Part shown: positions 25,872 through 32,000 of the stretch, one piece after another
Numbering within the stretch: position 1 is the stretch's first letter
Layout of the letters: each line of letters begins with the position of its first letter
From: Psychrobacter cryohalolentis K5
GTDB taxonomy: Bacteria > Pseudomonadota > Gammaproteobacteria > Pseudomonadales > Moraxellaceae
Assembly: GCF_000013905.1 (NCBI RefSeq)
Contig: NC_007969.1
Coordinates: forward strand, 2,190,001 to 2,222,000
Direction of reading: 5' to 3'
Length of the DNA stretch: 32,000 nucleotides
Program-made: the position numbers and the translations under genes
Notes under the pieces: generated by a model
Databases searched by the model: none
Told to the model about the DNA's origin: nothing
The model's input: only the letters and a program-made list of their open reading frames with translations

Positions 25872-26417
25872 TTATGTAATTTCATAACCATTTTCAATTA
25901 ATACTTTATAGATTTCTAGAACCTCATCTAGAATCTTTATAGCCATAGTGTCATCTTTCATCATTTGCCACGGCTTACTAGAGCTTCTCCAATCGAAAGG
26001 CTCAAACTTGTCCTTAGCTGGCCACCAGCTAGAACTTTCAAACTGCTTATTTTTAATATTCTCGTTTAGTAAACTTTTTATTCTACTTTTATGTTCACTT
26101 GCAAATTCAGAATGTCTGAATTTTCCTAAAAATCTTACGCCTAAGCTTGGTTTATTATAATAATCTTGAAATTCAAAACAAATAATTCCAATATTTTCTA
26201 TACTTCCGAAGCTGAATTTTTCATACTTATTATCTACTTTCATATTTCTTAGAATAAGTTTTTGAGGATAGCTTTTAGCATTTAGGTATAAATCTAATTT
26301 AAGCTTTCCGACAAACTCTTTTTTCATTTTTTCAACATTATTATGGAAAGCCAGACTAGCCTCTATAGTATTCTTATTTCGTCTCATAATTTCTAAAGCT
26401 GTTTTACACTCATTCAT
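25872..26417 (-). CDS. Hypothetical protein, very AT-rich orphan gene
   Basis: Start re-set to MNECKTALEIM, preceded by GGAGGTTGGAGAT (strong SD). 181 aa, Lys/Asn/Glu-rich, with a Trp-rich segment SSSWWPAKDKFEPFDWRSSSKPWQ. I recognise no family. Confidence 0.6.
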   Translation of the reverse strand: MNECKTALEIMRRNKNTIEASLAFHNNVEKMKKEFVGKLKLDLYLNAKSYPQKLILRNMKVDNKYEKFSFGSIENIGIICFEFQDYYNKPSLGVRFLGKFRHSEFASEHKSRIKSLLNENIKNKQFESSSWWPAKDKFEPFDWRSSSKPWQMMKDDTMAIKILDEVLEIYKVLIENGYEIT

Positions 26418-26819
26418 ATCTCCAACCTCCGTAAACTGTTTTTTCTTGATACTTGTCTGTGAGGTAATATTGATGTTCTTAGAGACCGCGTCCTTGCGCA
26501 TATGGTGACCCATGATTTGTGTGATAACGAGGCTAAAGCGGTCAAAGTGACTTTTGTCATATAGCGTGATATACATTACAGACTGCTCTATGGATCAAAG
26601 CGGTGTCTTGGCGCGGATAATAGCGACCAAACTTATGTAGTTGTAGTTGGTCAGATACCTGTTGCACGATGTATGATTGACCTTGCACAATGACGATCTT
26701 GTGAGTAGCTTGATATTGATAGCAAAAGACCACCTTGATAAGTGATCTTTTGCTGCTTATCCTTTTTTTCAGATATTCTTTTTCCAGATATAGCGCATCC
26801 AGTTTTCAGAAAATTCCAT

Positions 26820-28259
26820 TTAAAAAATCATATGCGCACATAATGCAATAATTGGTAATGAAATAATGGTTCTTAATAGAAAAATTATTAATAACTGAAA
26901 AAAGCTTACTGGAATTTTGGTTCCTAAAATCAACCCACCTACTTCCGACATATAGATCAATTGAGAAACTGACAAACAAGCGATGACAAATCGAGTTAAC
27001 TCTGATTCTATTGAAGAACCGATAATAGCAGGCAAAAACATATCTGCAAAACCCACCATAATGGTTTTTGACATTTCTGCTGCAAAAGGTATATTCATTA
27101 ATTCTAAGAATGGAATAAACGGCATACCTAAATAATCAAATACAGGTGTTTCTTCTGCAACGATTAAACCCATCGTCCCGATTGCCATAACAACAGGCAA
27201 TATTCCGATCCACATATCCAAAATATTTTTTAATCCATCATTTAAGAAAGTAAAAAAGCTTGGACTCTTTTCTGCTTTGTGAACGGCTTTATGTAAACTA
27301 TGGGTAAATAACGTTTTTCCTTCAGGAATGGTTTCATGATCTCTATCACTATTTTCTACTACATACGTATTGTCAATTCTAGATAAAGGCAATAACCTTG
27401 GTACTATTAAAGCACAAACAATCCCGCATAAAGCAACCACCCCAATCATATTGAGGAAGTAGCTTTCTAGCTTAACCTGAGAGATGACGACCAAACAGAA
27501 TGTAATCGAAACTGCTGAAAAACTGGTAGCAATAACAGCTGCTTCTTTTTTAGTATAAAACCCACCTTCCAATTGTTTATCAGTTAATAATACGCCAATA
27601 GTGCCATCACCCAACCATGATGTTAGACAATCTACAGAGGACCTACCGGGCAAACCAAATAGAGGTCTCATTACTTTACTTAATAAAACACCAAAAAATT
27701 CCAATAAGCCAAAATCAAGCAATAACGGTAGCAGTAATCCAGCCAAAAAAAACACAATAAAAAGTATTGGCATTAATTCATATAATATTAAACCCCCGAT
27801 ATTATCTGAATATATAAATTCATAACCATACTTAAAATAGGTAACGACAGCAAAAAACGCACCAAGCATTCTAATAATAAGCCAAGGTGTAGTGACGTTC
27901 AGTAAGTTGTTTAAAAATGCATTATTTAAAATCAATGAAGGCTTCATGATTTTAGTATATAAAGTACAACACAATGTAATCATAATTGAGATTACGACAA
28001 ACAGTGGCAAAAGGCTGCCCATATAACCTTGTATATAATCCTTTAACACAGAGATAGGAATGGTAAATCCTTCTGCATATGATACAAACTTACCATCTAC
28101 ATAGGGAATTGGAAATACGAAAAGCAACAAACCTATTATAGAGGGTATAAAGAATTTTAAAAATTGTCTGATACTGATACTGCTGACAGCTTGACTTGAA
28201 GCATTGACTTTAATAATGTCCATATTATTTTTACTCGCAGTCCATTTTTTAACTAGCAT
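26820..28259 (-). CDS. YjiH-like / nucleoside-recognition (Gate) domain membrane transporter
   Basis: 479 aa, at least 10 TM segments. The N-terminal FLKFFIPSIIGLLLFVFPIP and the overall layout resemble YjiH-family permeases often linked to amino-acid catabolism. No SD upstream of either candidate ATG. Confidence 0.7.
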   Translation of the reverse strand: MLVKKWTASKNNMDIIKVNASSQAVSSISIRQFLKFFIPSIIGLLLFVFPIPYVDGKFVSYAEGFTIPISVLKDYIQGYMGSLLPLFVVISIMITLCCTLYTKIMKPSLILNNAFLNNLLNVTTPWLIIRMLGAFFAVVTYFKYGYEFIYSDNIGGLILYELMPILFIVFFLAGLLLPLLLDFGLLEFFGVLLSKVMRPLFGLPGRSSVDCLTSWLGDGTIGVLLTDKQLEGGFYTKKEAAVIATSFSAVSITFCLVVISQVKLESYFLNMIGVVALCGIVCALIVPRLLPLSRIDNTYVVENSDRDHETIPEGKTLFTHSLHKAVHKAEKSPSFFTFLNDGLKNILDMWIGILPVVMAIGTMGLIVAEETPVFDYLGMPFIPFLELMNIPFAAEMSKTIMVGFADMFLPAIIGSSIESELTRFVIACLSVSQLIYMSEVGGLILGTKIPVSFFQLLIIFLLRTIISLPIIALCAHMIF

Positions 28260-28309
28260 AAATATATTTTTTTATGCTAGATTCTTTAACTCATTTTAAA
28301 TAATTTATA

Positions 28310-29269
28310 CTAATAGTTATTTAAAAGAGACTGTGTCACTTTTTCTAAAATCTTAAATATTCTGGTAGAGTCATCTTTTGAATTATTATATAAAGGATTG
28401 ATTTCTGCCATCTCCCAACAGCATACTTTCTTATTCTTGATTAACTCTATGTTAAGTTGCATTGCCTGTTCATACGACAGACCATTCATTGCAGGCGTAC
28501 CGGTTCCTGGCACATATAAAGGATCAACACTATCAACATCAAATGAGACATAGATATGATCACAATATTCCAATTTTTTGAAGATTTCCTCTACTGTGGA
28601 ACTGATTCCTTTCTGAGTTATCTCAGCAACGCTATATAAAGGAATTTTATGCCTTCTAATTAAATCCATTTCTTCTTCTTGATAATCTCTAACGGCACAA
28701 AAGACCACATTTTCTGGCTTGATTGATGGTTCGCTTGATGCCATAAATTTTAATTTTTCCCAATACTCTGTTTCTTTTTCAGAGAGTTCGTTACGCTGAC
28801 ATTCCAAATTATCGATCGCACAAGCCATCGCCAAAGGCATGCCATGCATGTTCCCTGATCCACTGGTGTATGGTGAATGAAAGTCAGCATGTGCGTCTAT
28901 ATAGACCACACCAATTTCAGCATCAGGATGCGCCATTTTTAGGCCATGCATTGTTCCTGCGCAGCTAGAATGATCTCCAGCTAAGACAATTGGGAATTTA
29001 TTCTCATTTCTTATATCTTTTATTTTATGTGCTAATTTAGAGATAATCGGTTCAATCACATCAGCATATTTTGCATGCGCAAATTGTGATTCTCCTTCGT
29101 TATTACTATCATCCTCAATACTGTCGAATTGCAATTTTTCAAAATAATCTGCATTAAGCTCTTTCGATGATGCTTTTAATGCATCAATGCCTAGAGAGGC
29201 GCCTTTTTTATATCCTGCGATATCTGAATAAACTTCTACTATTCTTATATTTTTCATCATATCAGTCAT
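28310..29269 (-). CDS. Arginase/ureohydrolase-family enzyme (arginase most likely given the neighbours)
   Basis: Mn-binding motifs in order: LAGDHS, IDAHADFH, SFDVDSVDP. Also GLSYEQ and EMAEINP. Confidence 0.85.
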   Translation of the reverse strand: MTDMMKNIRIVEVYSDIAGYKKGASLGIDALKASSKELNADYFEKLQFDSIEDDSNNEGESQFAHAKYADVIEPIISKLAHKIKDIRNENKFPIVLAGDHSSCAGTMHGLKMAHPDAEIGVVYIDAHADFHSPYTSGSGNMHGMPLAMACAIDNLECQRNELSEKETEYWEKLKFMASSEPSIKPENVVFCAVRDYQEEEMDLIRRHKIPLYSVAEITQKGISSTVEEIFKKLEYCDHIYVSFDVDSVDPLYVPGTGTPAMNGLSYEQAMQLNIELIKNKKVCCWEMAEINPLYNNSKDDSTRIFKILEKVTQSLLNNY

Positions 29270-29518
29270 GATTTTGTCTCTATTAAATAAAATAATTTTT
29301 ACAGCAGTTAAATTAAATTCGTTTTTATATATTAAAGCTCTTGAAAATTAGTAGATATATTTAAAAAAATAAACATATCCATAACTGCTCAAGAGCCTTG
29401 ATAAACATAGATAAACTTTTAAAAAACGATGTTAGTTTTAAACGCTACACAAAATGAGAAGTGCTTATCATTTTTTTGTATTAATTACTGTTGCATCAAT
29501 AACTATTGTATTAATCAC

Positions 29519-30619
29519 TTACGACATAGCCACAGATTCAGCTTCATTCGTCACTAGGCTATGATCTTTGCTATGGCCTTTCACTACCGAATATAAGTTT
29601 TTAGGGTCAGCTTGCTGAGGGATCAGATCTAAAATCTCATACCCTCCCTGCTCTCTGATCAAGTCGCGTAAAAATACCAACGCCGTAAAGTCTTCTGATG
29701 CAAAACCAACACCATCAAATACGATTAGATCATCCGCTGACGTTCGAGCTTGCACTTCACCTTTGAGGATGCGATGAAATTCAGTAACAGGAAAGTCGCT
29801 TGATAGATTTTGGATCTCTCCCTCAATGCGTGTCTGAGGCTCAAACTCCACAATCACATGATCTGCTCGCATTAATATATTGCTATCCAGCTCTGTCTTA
29901 CCAGGACAATCACCGCCTATCGCATTGATATAAACACCTTTTGTGATTATATCGTCTCGTAAAATAGTAGCATTGGTTTTATCAGCGGTACAGGTAGTAA
30001 TGATCTCTGCACCTAAAACAGCTTCTTCTAACGTGCGACAAACAATGACTTTCAAACCTGAGTCTGAAAGGTTGTCAGCCGTTTTCTGCGATGCTGCTGG
30101 ATCAACATCATACAAACGAACTTCTGAGATACCCATGATGGCTTTCATACCCAATGCTTGAAATTCAGACTGAGCGCCGTTTCCTATTAACGCCAGTTTT
30201 GTAACGTCTTTTGGCGCACAATGTTTGGCCAACATAGCTGATGTGGCAGCCGTACGTAATGCCGTCAGGATACACATCTCTGTCAGCAAAATAGGATAGC
30301 CAGTTTCGACGTCAGACAAGATACCCATCGCCGCCACGGTCTGCAAGTTTCGTTTGGTATTGATTGGATGACCATTGACATATTTGCAGGCAAACATCTC
30401 TCCATCGCTGACTGGCATCAACTCGATGACACCGTTTTTTGAATGCGAAGCAAAGCGAGAAGATTTTTCAAATTGATCCCAACGAAGATAATCTTGCTCT
30501 AAAGCATCCACTAGATCTGTAATACATTGCTCAACGCCATAATCATGAATCATTTTAGCCATCGCTTGTACACTAACGAATGGCACGCCTTCCTTGGGTG
30601 ATACGATAAATTTAGACAT
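29519..30619 (-). CDS. ocd: Ornithine cyclodeaminase / mu-crystallin family enzyme
   Basis: 366 aa. YVNGHP, LTALRTAATSA and the Rossmann segment LIGNGAQSEFQ are typical of ornithine cyclodeaminases. Confidence 0.85.
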   Translation of the reverse strand: MSKFIVSPKEGVPFVSVQAMAKMIHDYGVEQCITDLVDALEQDYLRWDQFEKSSRFASHSKNGVIELMPVSDGEMFACKYVNGHPINTKRNLQTVAAMGILSDVETGYPILLTEMCILTALRTAATSAMLAKHCAPKDVTKLALIGNGAQSEFQALGMKAIMGISEVRLYDVDPAASQKTADNLSDSGLKVIVCRTLEEAVLGAEIITTCTADKTNATILRDDIITKGVYINAIGGDCPGKTELDSNILMRADHVIVEFEPQTRIEGEIQNLSSDFPVTEFHRILKGEVQARTSADDLIVFDGVGFASEDFTALVFLRDLIREQGGYEILDLIPQQADPKNLYSVVKGHSKDHSLVTNEAESVAMS

Positions 30620-30787
30620 TAATGCTGTTCCTTTTCATGAATATTGTTTGTTGAACCAACAATTAATATGCTACCAATTATAATTGTCAGTTAAAATGTC
30701 AATAAGTTATTAAATATGGACGTATTTTTGACATATTGTTAAGTACTACTTAGCATAATGTCAAAATTCAATGAAGGAAGCATTTTT

Positions 30788-31219
30788 ATGGCGTATTACA
30801 CTTATGACTCTTTAGATAGCGAACTGATATCTGAGCTGCGACAAGATGGTCGAGCAACCATCTCAAACCTTGCTAAAAAACTCAAAGTTTCTCGTGCCAC
30901 TGTCCAAAACAGATTGGATAGACTGATTCATAACGGCGCTATTTTAGGATTCACGATTCGAGTGCATGAAGCACTAGATAAAGAAACCGTCAAAGCGATG
31001 ATGATGATTGAAGTGACAGGAAAGTCTACGTCACAAGTGATTAGGAAACTGCGGGGTATCCCGCAACTGATTAAGCTACATACAACCAATGGGGCGTGGG
31101 ACTTGGTCGCAGAGATACACACTACAAGCTTGAGAGAATTTGATGAAGTGCTGCGTCAAGTAAGAGAAATTGACGGCATTCTGAATAGCGAAACCAGTGT
31201 TCTGCTTTCGAGTTTGTAA
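30788..31219 (+). CDS. Lrp/AsnC-family transcriptional regulator
   Basis: Start re-set to MAYYTYDSLDSELISELRQDGRATISNLAKKLKVSRATVQNRLDRL (HTH, GAAGGAAG RBS) plus a C-terminal RAM/ACT-like domain. Divergent from ocd. Confidence 0.85.
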   Translation: MAYYTYDSLDSELISELRQDGRATISNLAKKLKVSRATVQNRLDRLIHNGAILGFTIRVHEALDKETVKAMMMIEVTGKSTSQVIRKLRGIPQLIKLHTTNGAWDLVAEIHTTSLREFDEVLRQVREIDGILNSETSVLLSSL

Positions 31220-31384
31220 TATAACTATACCCAGAAAAATATGTTCAGCACAGCCAAAGGTTCAATTCCCTAGTGAGGACTTGAATCTTAGGCTGTAGGC
31301 TAAGGGTATCAATGGTTTGTGTAGTGGCATAATAAAACTGGACAGCTTCTAAGAGGTTAGATAAACCCAAAGAAGGAAAATAGT

Positions 31385-31519
31385 ATGACCAACAAACGCG
31401 ACCAATATATCCAAGAATTCAAACTTAAAGCTATCAGCTTAGTGGTTGATCACCAACGTAAAATACTCGATGTAGCAAACTCACTTGGTATTGGTAGATC
31501 AACTGTAGTGATCAAATAA
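31385..31519 (+). mobile_element. IS3-family transposase OrfA stub (44 codons, HTH only)
   Basis: MTNKRDQYIQEFKLKAISLVVDHQRKILDVANSLGIGRSTVVIK* matches the N-terminal HTH of IS3 OrfA proteins (xxFxxEFKLxAV...VAxxLGIxxSTL). It stops where the leucine zipper, OrfB and the right end should follow. GAAGGAAA RBS. Confidence 0.6.
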
Positions 31520-31563
31520 TTTAGAACATCTGACCACTACAGTACAGTCTCATATTGCATATC

Positions 31564-32000
31564 TTAATGTAGATTGTTTTGTTCTAAATGGGTTAGAAAT
31601 GCTGCAAAACCTTCGGTTGCTCGAGCCTGTAGTCGGCTACTGGTCATTACACGGACACGATTGCTCCAAGTGATGGCATAGCTTTGAGCTTCAAATCTAC
31701 TGACCAAGTCCACATCCTCATGACAAGGTATAGATGCAAAGCCGCCAACAGCCAGATAAGCCTCACTACTAAAACTTAAATTTGCTCCATGAATATGATG
31801 GTGTCCCATTCTATCTTGGTAATGAGCGATATAATCCTTTCGAGTTTGCGGTGTTAACCGTGCCCAACTGTCAACTTGCACTACGCCGCAAATCATATCT
31901 GTCGGCTGGTGGCTAATATGTTCAATCTGCTGTGCCAACCAATCCACAGTTACCACGGAGTCAGCGTCTGTACAGGCAATCCATGTGGCACCATTTGTGA
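31564..32000 (-). CDS. Family 2 glycosyltransferase, C-terminal part (gene continues beyond the window end)
   Basis: The frame is open to position 32000. Upstream of the track GTG it reads ...TNGATWIACTDADSVVTVDWL (DxD-type TDADS motif). Confidence 0.7.
   Translation of the reverse strand, partial: TNGATWIACTDADSVVTVDWLAQQIEHISHQPTDMICGVVQVDSWARLTPQTRKDYIAHYQDRMGHHHIHGANLSFSSEAYLAVGGFASIPCHEDVDLVSRFEAQSYAITWSNRVRVMTSSRLQARATEGFAAFLTHLEQNNLH

Noticed and set aside
1-32000. CRISPR arrays, rRNA/tRNA genes, integron attC sites, prophage or known defence-system genes
   Set aside because: No regularly spaced direct repeats, no cloverleaf-compatible sequences, no RYYYAAC/GTTRRRY-bounded cassettes, and no reverse transcriptase, nuclease-helicase, cyclase or integrase ORFs were seen on either strand.

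Overview
This 32-kb window is mostly coded on the minus strand and looks like the chromosome of a moderately AT-rich gammaproteobacterium. The gene content and a class C beta-lactamase suggest Moraxellaceae/Psychrobacter, but that cannot be verified without a database search. No rRNA, tRNA or CRISPR array was seen. Gene order: (1) a metal module, with a CsoR/RcnR-family repressor plus an MFS gene, divergent from a HupE/UreJ-like permease plus a membrane-anchored periplasmic protein, and a C-tract/G-tract palindromic operator in the shared promoter region; (2) a DUF6122-like membrane protein, a class II Fic protein, a lipoprotein and AmpC; (3) a copper/sulfur string of persulfide-dioxygenase-type MBL, an unannotated 52-aa Met-rich membrane peptide, a Cu(I) P1B-ATPase with two tandem CPMH...CPxCGM heads, and a stand-alone tatA; (4) YceI, a tri-haem cytochrome c, a Tat-signal flavin amine oxidase-family enzyme and a mono-haem cytochrome c lipoprotein, which reads as a periplasmic amine dehydrogenase wired to cytochromes; (5) BenE, YhdH/AcuI, IclR and an 8-oxoguanine-deaminase-like amidohydrolase; (6) TerC/DUF475-like and YqhA membrane proteins; (7) a mosaic accessory stretch holding a DUF411 remnant, MerR, a very AT-rich orphan gene, an AT-rich transporter and arginase beside an ornithine cyclodeaminase and a divergent Lrp regulator, and an IS3 OrfA stub; then a partial glycosyltransferase. 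The most distinctive non-genic signal is a 146-147 bp palindromic MITE-like element. It occurs three times, has TATAG-type terminal inverted repeats, and keeps an internal stem intact through compensatory changes. Two orphan rho-independent terminators suggest unannotated small transcripts or leaders.
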